DNA of 64,000 nt, from assembly GCA_964658305.1 (NCBI GenBank), contig OZ210884.1, positions 2,294,001 to 2,358,000 of the forward strand, read 5' to 3'. A model generated the notes under the pieces. The model did no database searches and was not told the DNA's origin. It worked only from the letters and a program-made list of their open reading frames with translations. Position 1 is the first letter of the stretch; every line of letters begins with the position of its first letter. The stretch comes from Leptogorgia sarmentosa. Taxonomy: Eukaryota. Both the position numbers and the translations under genes were made by a program. Of this stretch, positions 38,601 through 53,100 are shown piece by piece.

Positions 38601-41600
38601 TCACAGGTTTACGAAATTTTCGCTGCACATTGCTCTTGGAATGGTGAATACGCATGGTAAATTTGGTGGCGACACCATTCAAAATGGAAGCCACAGAAGC
38701 AATCAAGTCCCTTCACCTGGTATGGTATATTTGCTATTGCTATTGCTCCTGTTGAGATTCCTTTGAAACAACGGGCTACCCATCATCATGCCCTTGCTCG
38801 TATTTTTATCACAGGTTTACGAAATTTTCGCTGCACATTGCTCTTGGCATGGTGAATACGCATGGTAAATTTGGTGGCGACACCATTCAAAATGGAAGCC
38901 ACAGAAGCAATCAAGTCCCTTCACCTGGTATGGTATATTTGCTATTGCTATTGCTCCTGTTGAGATTCCTTTGAAACAACGGGCTACCCATCATCATGCC
39001 CTTGCTCGTATTTTTATCACAGGTTTACGAAATTTTCGCTGCACATTGCTCTTGGCATGGTGAATACGCATGGTAAATTTGGTGGCGACACCATTCAGAA
39101 TGGAAGCCACAGAAGCAATCAAGTCCCTTCACCTGGTATGGTATATTTGCTATTGCTATTGCTCCTGTTGAGACTCCTTTGAAACAACGGGCTACCCATC
39201 ATCATGCCCTTGCTCGTATTTTTATCACAGGTTTACGAAATTTTCGCTGCGCATTGCTCTTGGCATGGTGAATACGCATGGTAAATTTGGTGGCGACACC
39301 ATTCAAAATGGAAGCCACAGAAGCAATCAAGTCCCTTCACCTGGTATGGTATATTTGCTATTGCTATTGCTCCTGTTGAGATTCCTTTGAAACAACGGGC
39401 AACCCATCATCATGCCCTTGCTCGTATTTTTATCACAGGTTTACGAAATTTTCGCTGCACATTGCTCTTGGAATGGTGAATACGCATGGTAAATTTGGTG
39501 GCGACACCATTCAAAATGGAAGCCACAGAAGCAATCAAGTCCCTTCACCTGGTATGGTATATTTGCTATTGCTATTGCTCCTGTTGAGATTCCTTTGAAA
39601 CAACGGGCTACCCATCATCATGCCCTTGCTCGTATTTTTATCACAGGTTTACGAAATTTTCGCTGCACATTGCTCTTGGCATGGTGAATACGCATGGTAA
39701 ATTTGGTGGCGACACCATTCAAAATGGAAGCCACAGAAGCAATCAAGTCCCTTCACCTGGTATGGTATATTTGCTATTGCTATTGCTCCTGTTGAGATTC
39801 CGTTGAAACAACGGGCTACCCATCATCATGCCCTTGCTCGTATTTTTATCACAGGTTTACGAAATTTTCGCTGCACATTGCTCTTGGCGTTGGTGAATAC
39901 GCATGGTAAATTTGGTGGCGACACCATTCAAAATGGAAGCCACAGAAGCAATCAAGTCCCTTCAACTGGTATGGTATATTTGCTATTGCTATTGCTCCTG
40001 TTGAGATTGCTTTGAAACAACGGGCTACCCATCATCGTGCCCTTGGTCGTATTTTTATCACAGGTTTACGAACTTTTCCCAGCACATTGCCCCTGGCATG
40101 GTGAATACGCATGGTAAATTTGGTGGCGACACCATTCAAAATGGAAGCCACAGAAGCAATCAAGTCCCTTCACCTGGTATGGTATATTTGCTATTGCTAT
40201 TGCTCCTGTTGAGATTCCTTTGAAACAACGGGCTACCCATCATCATGCCCTTGCTCGTATTTTTATCACAGGTGTACGAAATTTTCGCTGCACATTGCTC
40301 TTGGCGATGGTGAATACGCATGGTAAATTTGGTGGCGACACCATTCAAAATGGAAGCCACAGAAGCAATCAAGTTCCTTCACCTGGTATGGTATATTTGC
40401 TATTGCTATTGCTCCTGTTGAGATTCCTTTGAAACAACGGGCTACCCATCATCATGCCCTTGCTCGTATTTTTATCACAGGTTTACGGAATTTTCGCTGC
40501 ACATTGCTCTTGGCGATGGTGAATACGCATGGTATATTTGGTGGCGACACCATTCAAAATGGAAGCCACAGAAGCAATCAAGTCCCTTCACCTGGTATGG
40601 TATATTTGCTATTGCTATTGCTCCTGTTGAGATTCCTTAGAAACAACGGGCTACCCATCATCATGCCCTTGCTGGTATTTTTATCACAGGTTTACGAAAT
40701 TTTCGCTGCACATTGCTCTTGGCGATGGTGAATACGCATGGTAAATTTGGTGGCGACACCATTCAAAATGGAAGCCACAGAAGCAATCAAGTCCCTTCAC
40801 CTGGTATGGTATATTTGCTATTGCTATTGCTCCTGTTGAGATTCCTTTGAAACAACGGGCTACCCATCATCATGCCCTGGCTCGTATTTTTATCACAGGT
40901 TTACGAAATTTTCGCTGCATATTGCTCTTGGCGATGGTGAATACGCATGGTAAATTTGATGGCGACACCATTCAAAATGGAAGCCACAGAAGCAATCAAG
41001 TCCCTTCACCTGGTATGGTATATTTGCTACTGCTATTGCTCCTGTTGAGATTGCTTTGAAACAACGGGCTACCCATCATCATGCCCTTGCTCGTATTTTT
41101 ATCACAGGTTTACGAACTTTTCCCTGCACATTGCCCCTGGCATGGTGAATACGCATGGTAAATTTGGTGGCGACACCATTCAAAATGGAAGCCACAGAAG
41201 CAATCAAGTCCCTTCACCTGGTATGGTATATTTGCTATTGCTATTGCTCCTGTTGAGATTCCTTTGAAACAAGGGGCTACCCATCATCATGCCCTTGCTC
41301 GTATTTTTATCACAGGTTTACGGAATTTTCGCTACACATTGCTCTTGGCATGGTGAATACGCATGGTAAATTTGGTGGCGACACCATTCAAAATGGAAGC
41401 CACAGAAGCAATCAAGTCCCTTCACCTGGTATGGTATATTTGCTGTTGCTATTGCTCCTGTTGAGATTCCTTTGAAACAACGGGCTACCCATCATCATGC
41501 CCTTGCTCTTATTTTTATCACAGGTTTACGAAATTTTCGCTGCACATTGCTCTTGGCATGGTGAATACGCATGGTAAATTTGGTGGCGACACCATTCAAA

Positions 41601-42870
41601 ATGGAAGCCACAGAAGTAATCAAGTCCCTTCACCTGGTATGGTATATTTGCTATTGCTATTGCTCCTGTTGAGATTCCTTTGAAACAACGGGCTACCCAT
41701 CATCATGCCCTTGCTCGTATTTTTATCACAGGTTTACGAAATTTTCGCTGCACATTGCTCTTGGCGATGGTGAATACGCATGGTAAATTTGGTGGCGACA
41801 CCATTCAAAATGGAAGCCACAGAAGCAATCAAGTCCCTTCACCTGGTATGGTATATTTGCTATTGCTATTGCTCCTGTTGAGACTCCTTTGAAACAACGG
41901 GCTACCCATCATCATGCCCTTGCTCGTATTTTTATCACAGGTTTACGAAATTTTCGCTGCGCATTGCTCTTGGCATGGTGAATACGCATGGTAAATTTGG
42001 TGGCGACACCATTCAAAATGGAAGCCACAGAAGCAATCAAGTCCCTTCACCTGGTATGGTATATTTGCTATTGCTATTGCTCCTGTTGAGATTCCTTTGA
42101 AACAACGGGCTACCCATCATCATGCCCTTGCTCGTATTTTTATCACAGGTTTACGAAATTTTCGCTGCACATTGCTCTTGGCATGGTGAATACGCATGGT
42201 AAATTTGGTGGCGACACCATTCAGAATGGAAGCCACAGAAGCAATCAAGTCCCTTCACCTGGTATGGTATATTTGCTATTGCTATTGCTCCTGTTGAGAT
42301 TCCTTTGAAACAACGGGCTACCCATCATCATGCCCTTGCTCGTATTTTTATCACAGGTTTACGAAATTTTCGCTGCACATTGCTCTTGGCGATGGTGAAT
42401 ACGCATGGTAAATTTGGTGGCGACACCATTCAAAATGGAAGCCACAGAAGGAATCAAGTCCCTTCACCTGGTATGGTATATTTGCTATTGCTATTGCTCC
42501 TGTTAAGATTCCTTTGAAACAACGGGCTACCCATCATGATGCCCTTGCTCGTATTTTTATCACAGGTTTACGAAATTTCGCTGCACATTGCTCTTGGCGA
42601 TGGTGAATACGCATGGTATATTTGGTGGCGACACGATTCAAAATGGAAGCCACAGAAGCAATCAAGTCCCTTCACCTGGTATGGTATATTTGCTATTGCT
42701 ATTGCTCCTGTTGAGATTCCTTTGAAACAACGGGCTACCCATCATCATGCCCTTGCTCGTATTTTTATCACAGGTTTACGAAATTTTCGCTGCACATTGC
42801 TCTTGGAATGGTGAATACGCATGGTAAATTTGGTGGCGACACCATTCAAAATGGAAGCCACAGAATCAAT
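32700..42870. repeat. Satellite variant domain B (208/209 bp monomers, no 202 bp class)
   Basis: About 20 monomers carry the +G insertion (GGCGATGG and derivatives). Private markers: GAACTTTTCCC..GCCCCTGG (8 copies, ~32985-41114), GAGATTGCTTT, GAGACTCC, TTACGGAATT. Every monomer checked has the doubled GCTATT hexamer. Confidence 0.85.
36040..42100. repeat. Block duplication at 3749 bp (18-monomer) offset, shifting to 4167 bp after two extra monomers
   Basis: ORF pairs 36054/39803, 36471/40220 and 36680/40429 (+3749), then 37513/41680 (+4167). Shared rare variants: GGCGTTGG, TTCAACTGG, CATCGTGCCCTTGGTCG, GGTGTACG, AACAAGGGGC, AGAAGTAATC. Confidence 0.87.
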
Positions 42871-44159
42871 CAAGTCCCTTCACCTGGTATGGTATATTTG
42901 ATATTGCTCCTGTTGAGATTCCTTTGAAACAACGGGCAACCCATCATCATGCCCTTGCTCGTATTTTTATCACAGGTTTACGAAATTTTCGCTGCTCATT
43001 GCTCTTGGCATGGTGAATACGCATGGTAAATTTGGTGGCGACACCATTCAAAATGGAAGCCACAGAAGCAATCAAGTCTCTTCACCTGGTATGGTATATT
43101 TGCTATTGCTATTGCTCCTGTTGAGATTCCTTTGAAACAACGGGCTACCCATCATCATGCCCTTGCTCGTATTTTTATCACAGGTTTACGAAATTTTCGC
43201 TGCACATTGCTCTTGGCATGGTGAATACGCATGGTAAATTTGGTGGCGACACCATTCAAAATGGAAACCACAGAAGCAATCAAGTGCCTTCACCTGGTAT
43301 GGTATATTTGCTATTGCTCCTGTTGAGATTCCTTTGAAACAACGGGCTACCCGTCATCATGCCCTTGCTCGTATTTTTATCACAGGTTTACGAAATTTTC
43401 GCTGCACATTGCTCTTGAATATCGTGAATACACATGGTAAATTTGGTGGCGACACCATTCAAAATGGAAGCCACAGAAGCAATCAAGTCCCTTCACCTGG
43501 TATGGTATATTTGCTATTGCTATTGCTCCTGTTGAGATTCCTTTGAAACATCGGGCTACCCATCATCACGCCCTTGCCCGTATTTTTATCACAGGTTTAC
43601 GAAATTTTCGCTGCACATTGCTCTTGGCATGGTGAATACGCATGGTAAATTTGGTGGCGACACCATTCAAAATGGAAGCCACAGAAGCAATCAAGTCCCT
43701 TCACCTGGTATGGTATATTTGCTATTGCTATTGCTCCTGTTGAGATTCCTTTGAAACATCGGGTTACCCATCATCACGCCCTTGCCCGTATTTTTATCAC
43801 AGGTTTACGAAATTTTCGCTGCACATTGCTCTTGGCATGGTGAATACGCATGGTAAATTTGGTGGCGACACCATTCAAAATGGAAGCCACAGAAGCAATC
43901 AAGTCCCTTCACCTGGTATGGTATATTTGCTATTGCTCCTGTTGAGATTCCTTTGAAACAACGGGCTACCCATCATCATGCCCTTGCTCGTATTTTTATC
44001 ACACGTTTACGAAATTTTCGCTGCACATTGCTCTTGGCATAGTGAATACGCATGGTAAATTTGGTGGCGACACCATTCAAAATGGAAGCCACAGAAGGAA
44101 ACAAGTCCCTTCACCTGGTATGGTATATTTGCTATTGCTATTGCTCCTGTTGAGATTCC

Positions 44160-47100
44160 TTTGAAGCAACGGGCAACCCATCATCATGCCCTTGCTCGTA
44201 TTTTTATCACAGGTTTACGAAATTTTCGCTGCGCATTGCTCTTGGCATGGTGAATACGCATGGTAAATTTAGTGGCGACACCATTCAAAATGGAAGCCAC
44301 AGAAGCAATCAAGTCCCTTCACCTGGTATGGTATATTTGATATTGCTCCTGTTGAGATTCCTTTGAAACAACGGGCTACCCATCATCATGCCCTTGCTCG
44401 TATTTTTATCACAGGTTTACGAAATTTTCGCTGCACATTGCTCTTCAATATCGTGAGTACGCATGGTAAATTTGGTGGCGACACCATTCAAAATGGAAGC
44501 CACAGAAGCAATCAAGTCCCTTCACCTGGTATGGTATATTTGCTATTGCTATTGCTCCTGTTGAGATTCCTTTGAAACAACGGGCTACCCATCATCACGC
44601 CCTTGCTCGTATTTTTATCACACGTTTACGAAATTTTCGCTGCACATTGCTCTTGGCATGGTGAATACGCTTGGTAAATTTGGTGGCGACACCATTCAAA
44701 ATGGAAGCCACAGAAGCAATCAAGTCCCTTCACCTGGTATGGTATATTTGCTATTGCTATTGCTCCTGTTGAGATTCCTTTGAAACAACGGGCTACCCAT
44801 CATCACGCCCTTGCTCGTATTTTTATCACAGGTTTACGAAATTTTCGCTGCGCATTGCTCTTGGCATGGTGAATACGCATGGTAAATTTGATGGCGACAC
44901 CATTCAAAATGGAAGCCACAGAAGCAATCAAGTCCCTTCACCTGGTATGGTATATTTGATATTGCTCCTGTTGAGATTCCTTTGAAACAACGGGCTACCC
45001 ATCATCATGCCCTTGCTCGCATTTTTATCACAGGTTTACGAAATTTTCGCTGCACATTGCTCTTGGCATGCTGAATACGCATGGTAAATTTGGTGGCGAC
45101 ACCATTCAAAATGGAAGCCACAGGAGCAATCAAGTCCCATCACCTGGTATGGTATATTTGCTATTGCTATTGCTCCTGTTGAGATTCCTTTGAAACAACG
45201 GGCTACCCATCATCATGCCCTTGCTCGTATTTTTATCACAGGTTTACGAAATTTTCGCTGCACATTGCTCTTGGCATGGTGAATTGGCATGATAAATTTG
45301 GTGGCGACACCATTCAAAATGGAAGCCACAGAAGCAATCAAGTCCCTTCACCTGGTATGGTATATTTGCTATTGCTATTGCTCCTGTTGAGATTCCTTTG
45401 AAACAACGGGCTACCCATCATCACGCCCTTGCTCGTATTTTTATCACAGGTTTACGAAATTTTCGCTGCACATTGCTCTTGGCATGGTGAATTGGCATGA
45501 TAAATTTGGTGGCGACACCATTCAAAATGGAAGCCACAGAAGCAATCAAGTCCCTTCACCTGGTATGGTATATTTGCTATTGCTATTGCTCCTGTTGAGA
45601 TTCCTTTGAAACAACGGGCTACCCATCATCACGCCCTTGCTCGTATTTTTATCACAGGTTTACGAAATTTTCGCTGCGCATTGCTCTTGGCATGGTGAAT
45701 ACGCATGGTAAATTTGGTGGCGACACCATTCAAAATGGAAGCCACAGAAGCAATCAAGTCCCTTCACCTGGTATGGTATATTTGATATTGCTCCTGTTGA
45801 GATTCCTTTGAAACAACGGGCTACCCATCATCATGCCCTTGCTCGCATTTTGATCACAGGTTTACGAAATTTTCGCTGCACATTGCTCTTGGCATGGTGA
45901 ATACGCATGGTAAATTTGGTGGCGACACCATTCAAAATGGAAGCCACACAAGCAATCAAGTCCCTTCACCTGGTATGGTATATTTGCTATTGCTATTGCT
46001 CCTGTTGAGATTCCTTTGAAACAACGGGCTACCCATCATCATGCCCTTGCTCGTATTTTTATCACAGGTTTACGAAATTTTCGCTGCGCATTGCTCTTGG
46101 CATGGTGAATACGCATGGTAAATTTGGTGGCGACACCATTCAAAATGGAAGCCACAGAAGCAATCAAGTCCCTTCACCTGGTATGGTATATTTGATATTG
46201 CTCCTGTTGAGATTCCTTTGAAACAACGGGCTACCCATCATCATGCCCTTGCTCGCATTTTTATCACAGGTTTACGAAATTTTCGGTGCACATTGCTCTT
46301 GGCATGGTGAATAGGCATGGTAAATTTGGTGGCGACAGCTTTCAAAATGGAAGCCACACAAGCAATCAAGTCCCTTCACCTGGTATGGTATATTTGCTAC
46401 TGCTATTGCTCCTGTTGAGATTCCTTTGAAACAACGGGCTACCCATCATCATGCCCTTGCTCGTATTTTTATCACAGGTTTACGAAATTTTCGCTGCACA
46501 TTGCTCTTGGCATGCTGAATACGCATGGTAAATTTGGTGGCGACACCATTCAAAATGGAAGCCACAGGAGCAATCAAGTCCCATCACCTGGTATGGTATA
46601 TTTGCTATTGCTATTGCTCCTGTTGAGATTCCTTTGAAACAACGGGCTACCCATCATCATGCCCTTGCTCGTATTTTTATCACAGGTTTACGAAATTTTC
46701 GCTGCACATTGCTCTTGGCATGGTGAATTGGCATGATAAATTTGGTGGCGACACCATTCAAAATGGAAGCCACGGAAGCAATCAAGTCCCTTCACCTGGT
46801 ATGGTATATTTGCTATTGCTATTGCTCCTGTTGAGATTCCTTTGAAACAACGGGCTACCCATCATCATGCCCTTGCTCGTATTTTTATCACAGGTTTACG
46901 AAATTTTCGCTGCTCATTGCTCTTGGCATGGTGAATACGCATGGTAAATTTGGTGGCGACACCATTCAAAATGGAAGCCACAGAAGCAATCAAGTCCCTT
47001 CACCTGGTATGGTGTATTTGCTATTGCTATTGCTCCTGTTGAGATTCCTTTGAAACAACGGGCTATCAATCATCATGCCCTTGCTCGTATTTTTATCACA

Positions 47101-50100
47101 GGTTTACGAAATTTTCGCTGCACATTGCTCTTGGCATGGTGAATACGCATGGTAAATTTGGTGGCGACACCATTCAAAATGGAAGCCACAGAAGCAATCA
47201 AGTCCCTTCACCTGGTATGGTATATTTGCTATTGCTCCTGTTGAGATTCCTTTGAAACAACGGGCTACCCATCATCATGCCCTTGCTCGTATTTTTATCA
47301 CAGGTTTACGAAATTTTCGCTGCACATTGCTCTTGAATATCGTCAATACGCATGGTAAATTTGGTGGCGACACCATTCAAAATGGAAGCCACAGAAGCAA
47401 TCAAGTCCCTTCACCTGGTATGGTATATTTGCGATTGCTATTGCTCCTGTTGAGATTCCTTTGAAACAACGGGCTACCCATCATCATGCCCTTGCTCATA
47501 TTTTTATCACAGGTTTTCAAAATTTTCGCTGGACATTGCTCTTGGCATGGTGAATACGCATGGTAAATTTGGTGGCGACACCATTCAAAATGGAAGCCAC
47601 AGAAGCAATCAAGTCCCTTCACCTGGTATGGTATATTTGCTATTGCTATTGCTCCTGTTGAGATTCCTTTGAAACAACGGGCTACCCATCATCATGCCCT
47701 TGCTCGTATTTTTATCACAGGTTTACGAAATTTTCGCTGCACATTGCTCTTGAATATCGTGAATACGCATGGTAAATTTGGTGGCGACACCATTCAAAAT
47801 GGAAGCCACAGAAGCAATCAAGTCCCTTCACCTGGTATGGTATATTTGCGATTGCTATTGCTCCTGTTGAGATTCCTTTGAAACAACGGGCTACCCATCA
47901 TCATGCCCTTGCTCATATTTTTATCACAGGTTTTCAAAATTTTCGCTGCACATTGCTCTTGGCATGGTGAATACGCATGGTAAATTTGGTGGCGACACCA
48001 TTCAAAATGGAAGCCACAGAAGCAATCAAGTCCCTTCACCTGGTATGGTATATTTGCTATTGCTATTGCTCCTGTTGAGATTCCTTTGAAACAACGGGCT
48101 ACCCATCATCATGCCCTTGCTCGTATTTTTATCACAGGTTTACGAAATTTTCGCTGCACATTGCTCTTGGCACGGTGAATACGCATGGTAAATTTGGTGG
48201 CGACACCATTCAAAATGGAAGCCACAGAAGCAATCAAGTCCCTTCACCTGGTATGGTATATTTGCTATTGCTATTGCTCCTGTTGAGATTCCTTTAAACA
48301 ACGGGCTACCCATCATCCTGCCCTTGCTCGTATTTTTATCACAGGTTTACGAAATTTTCGCTGCACATTGCTCTTGGCATGGTGAATACGCATGGTAAAT
48401 TTGGTGGCGACACCATTCAAAATGGAAGCCACAGAAGCAATCAAGTCCCTTCACCTGGTATGGTATATTTGCTATTGCTCCTGTTGAGATTCCTTTGAAA
48501 CAACGGGCTACCCATCATCATGCCCTTGCTCGTATTTTTATCACAGGTTTACGAAATTTTTGCTGCACATTGCTCTTGGCATGCTGAATACGCATGGTAA
48601 ATTTGGTGGCGACACCATTCAAAATGGAAGCCACAGGAGCAATCAAGTCCCTTCACCTGGTATGGTATATTTGCTATTGCTATTGCTCCTGTTGAGATTC
48701 CTTTGAAACAACGGGCTACCCATCATCATGCCATTGCTCGTATTTGTATCACAGGTTTACGAAATTTTCGCTGCACATTGCTCTTGGCATGGTGAATACG
48801 CATGGTAAATTTGGTTGCGACACCATTCAAAATGGAAGCCACACAAGCAATCAAGTCCCTTCACCTGGTATGGTATATTTGATATTGCTCCTGTTGAGAT
48901 TCCTTTGAAACAACGGGCAACCCATCATCATGCCCTTGCTCGTATTTTTATCACAGGTTTACGAAATTTTCGCTGCACATTGCTCTTGGCATGGTGAATA
49001 CGCATGGTAAATTTGGTGGCGACACCATTCAAAATGGAAGCCACACAAGCAATCAAGTCCCTTCACCTGGTATAGTATATTTGCTATTGCTATTGCTCCT
49101 GTTGAGATTCCTTTGAAACAACGGGCTACCCATCATCATGCCCTTGCTCGTATTTTTATCACAGGTTTACCAAATTTTCGCTGCGCATTGCTCTTGGCAT
49201 GCTGAATATGCATGGTAAATTTGGTGGCGACACCATGCAAAATGGAAGCCACAGAAGCAATCAACTCCCTTCACCTGGTATGGTATATTTGCTATTGCTC
49301 CTGTTGAGATTCCTTTGAAACAACGGGCTACCCATCATCATGCCCTTGCTCGTATTTTTATCACAGGTTTACGAAATTTTTGCTGCACATTGCTCTTGGC
49401 ATGCTGAATACGCATGGTAAATTTGGTGGCGACACCATTCAAAATGGAAGCCACAGGAGCAATCAAGTCCCTTCACCTGGTATGGTATATTTGCTATTGC
49501 TATTGCTCCTGTTGAGATTCCTTTGAAACAACGGGCTACCCATCATCATGCCATTGCTCGTATTTGTATCACAGGTTTACGAAATTTTCGCTGCACATTG
49601 CTCTTGGCATGGTGAATACGCATGGTAAATTTGGTGGCGACACCATTCAAAATGGAAGCCACACAAGCAATCAAGTCCCTTCACCTGGTATGGTATATTT
49701 GATATTGCTCCTGTTGAGATTCCTTTGAAACAACGGGCAACCCATCATCATGCCCTTGCTCGTATTTTTATCACAGGTTTACGAAATTTTCGCTGCACAT
49801 TGCTCTTGGCATGGTGAATACGCATGGTAAATTTGGTGGCGACACCATTCAAAATGGAAGCCACACAAGCAATCAAGTCCCTTCACCTGGTATAGTATAT
49901 TTGCTATTGCTATTGCTCCTGTTGAGATTCCTTTGAAACAACGGGCTACCCATCATCATGCCCTTGCTCGTATTTTTATCACAGGTTTACCAAATTTTCG
50001 CTGCGCATTGCTCTTGGCATGCTGAATATGCATGGTAAATTTGGTGGCGACACCATTCAAAATGGAAGCCACAGAAGCAATCCAGTCCCTTCACCTGGTA

Positions 50101-53100
50101 TGGTATATTTTCTATTGCTATTGCTCCTGTTGAGATTCCTTTGAAACAACGGGCTATCCATCATCATGCCCTTGCTCGTATTTTTATCACAGGTTTACGA
50201 AATTTTCGCTGCACATTGCTCTTGGCATGGTGAATACGCATGGTAAATTTGGTGGCGACACCATTCAAAATGGAAGCCACAGAAGCAATCAAGTCCCTTC
50301 ACCTGGTATGGTATATTTGCTATTGCTATTGCTCCTGTTGAGATTCCTTTGAAACAACGGGCTACCCATCATCATGCCCTTGCTCGTATTTTTATCACAG
50401 GTTTACGAAATTTTCGCTGCACATTGCTCTTGGCAAGGTAAATACGCATGGTAAATTTGGTGGCGACACCATTCAAAATGGAAGCCACAGAAGCAATCAA
50501 GTCCCTTCACCTGGTATGGTATATATGCTATTGCTCCTGTTGAGATTCCTTTGAAACAACGGGCTACCCATCATCATGCCCTTGCTCATATTTTTATCAC
50601 AGGTTTTCAAAATTTTCGCTGCACATTGCTCTTGGCATGGTGAATACGCATGGTAAATTTGGTGGCGACACCATTCAAAATGGAAGCCACAGAAGCAATC
50701 AAGTCCCTTCACCTGGTATGGTATATTTGCTATTGCTATTGCTCCTGTTGAGATTCCTTTGAAACAACGGGCTACCCATCATCATGCCCTTGCTCGTATT
50801 TTTATCACAGGTTTACGAAATTTTCGCTGCACATTGCTCTTGGCATGGTAAATACGCATGGTAAATTTGGTGGCGACACCATTCAAAATGGAAGCCACAG
50901 AAGCAATCAAGTCCCTTCACCTGGTATGGTATATATGCTATTGCTCCTGTTGAGATTCCTTTGAAACAACGGGCTACCCATCATCATGCCCTTGCTCGTA
51001 TTTTTATCACAGGTTTACGAAATTTTCGCTGCACATTGCTCTTGGCATGGTGAATACGCATGGTAAATTTGGTGGCGACACCATTCAAAATGGAAGCCAC
51101 AGAAGCAATCAAGTCCCTTCACCTGGTATGGTATATTTGCGATTGCTATTGCTCCTGTTGAGATTCCTTTGAAACAACGGGCTACCCATCATCATGCCCT
51201 TGCTCATATTTTTATCACAGGTTTTCAAAATTTTCGCTGCACATTGCTCTTGGCATGGTGAATACGCATGGTAAATTTGGTGGCGACACCATTCAAAATG
51301 GAAGCCACAGAAGCAATCAAGTCCCTTCACCTGGTATGGTATATTTGCTATTGCTATTGCTCCTGTTGAGATTCCTTTGAAACAACGGGCTACCCATCAT
51401 CATGCCCTTGCTCGTATTTTTATCACAGGTTTACGAAATTTTCGCTGCACATTGCTCTTGGCATGGTGAATACGCATGGTAAATTTGGTGGCGACACCGT
51501 TCAAAATGGAAGCCACAGAAGCAATCAAGTCCCTTCACCTGGTATGGTATATATGCTATTGCTCCTGTTGAGATTCCTTTGAAACAACGGGCTACCCATC
51601 ATCATGCCCTTGCTCGTATTTTTATCACAGGTTTACGAAATTTTCGCTGCACATTGCTCTTGGCATGGTGAATACGCATGGTAAATTTGGTGGCGACACC
51701 ATTCAAAATGGAAGCCACAGAAGCAATCAAGTTCCTTCACCTGGTAAAGTATATTTGCTATTGCTATTGGTCCTGTTGAGATTCCTTTGAAACAACGGGC
51801 TACCCATCATCATGCCCTTGCTCGTATTTTTATCACAGGTTTACGAAATTTTCGCTGCACATTGCTCTTGGCATGGTGAATACGCATGGTAAATTCGGTG
51901 GCGACACCATTCAAAATGGAAGCCACAGAAGCAATCAAGTCCCTTCACCTGGTATGGTATATTTGCTATTGCTATTGCTCCTGTTGAGATTCCTTTGAAA
52001 CAACGGGCAACCCATCATCATGCCCTTGCTCGTATTTTTATCACAGGTTTACGAAATTTTCGCTGCGCATTGCTCTTGGCATGGTGAATACGCATGGTAA
52101 ATTTAGTGGCGACACCATTCAAAATGGAAGCCACAGAAGCAATCAAGTCCCTTCACCTGGTATGGTATATTTGATATTGCTCCTGTTGAGATTCCTTTCA
52201 AACAACGGGCTACCCATCATCATGCCCTTGCTCGTATTTTTATCACAGGTTTACGAAATTTTCGCTGCGCATTGCTCTTGAATATCGTGAGTACGCATGG
52301 TAAATTTGGTGGCGACACCATTCAAAATGGAAGCCACAGAAGCAATCAAGTCCCTTCACCTGGTATGGTATATTTGCTATTGCTATTGCTCCTGTTGAGA
52401 TTCCTTTGAAACAACGGGCTACCCATCATCACGCCCTTGCTCGTATTTTTATCACAGGTTTATGAAATTTTCGCTGCACATTGCTCTTGTCATGGTGAAT
52501 TGGCATGATAAATTTGGTGGCGACACCATTCAAAATGGAAGCCACAGAAGCAATCAAGTCCCTTCACCTGGTATGGTATATTTGCTATTGCTATTGCTCC
52601 TGTTGAGATTCCTTTGAAACAACGGGCTACCCATCATCACGCCCTTGCTCGTATTTTTATCACAGGTTTACGAAATTTTCGCTGCGCATTGCTCTTGGCA
52701 TGGTGAATACGCATGGTAAATTTGGTGGCGACACCATTCAAAATGGAAGCCACAGAAGCAATCAAGTCCCTTCACCTGGTATGGTATATTTGATATTGCT
52801 CCTGTTGAGATTCCTTTGAAACAACGGGCTACCCATCATCATGCCCTTGCTCGCATTTTGATCACAGGTTTACGAAATTTTCGCTGCACATTGCTCTTGG
52901 CATGGTGAATACGCATGGTAAATTTGGTGGCGACACCATTCAAAATGGAAGCCACACAAGCAATCAAGTCCCTTCACCTGGTATGGTATATTTGCTATTG
53001 CTATTGCTCCTGTTGAGATTCCTTTGAAACAACGGGCTACCCATCATCATGCCCTTGCTCGTATTTTTATCACAGGTTTACGAAATTTTCGCTGCGCATT

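Noticed and set aside
19480..42580. Singleton 1 bp deletions (CATGGGAATAC ~19485; CGAAATTTCG ~42571)
   Set aside because: Each was seen once, in or next to short homopolymers, and cannot be distinguished from sequencing or consensus error.
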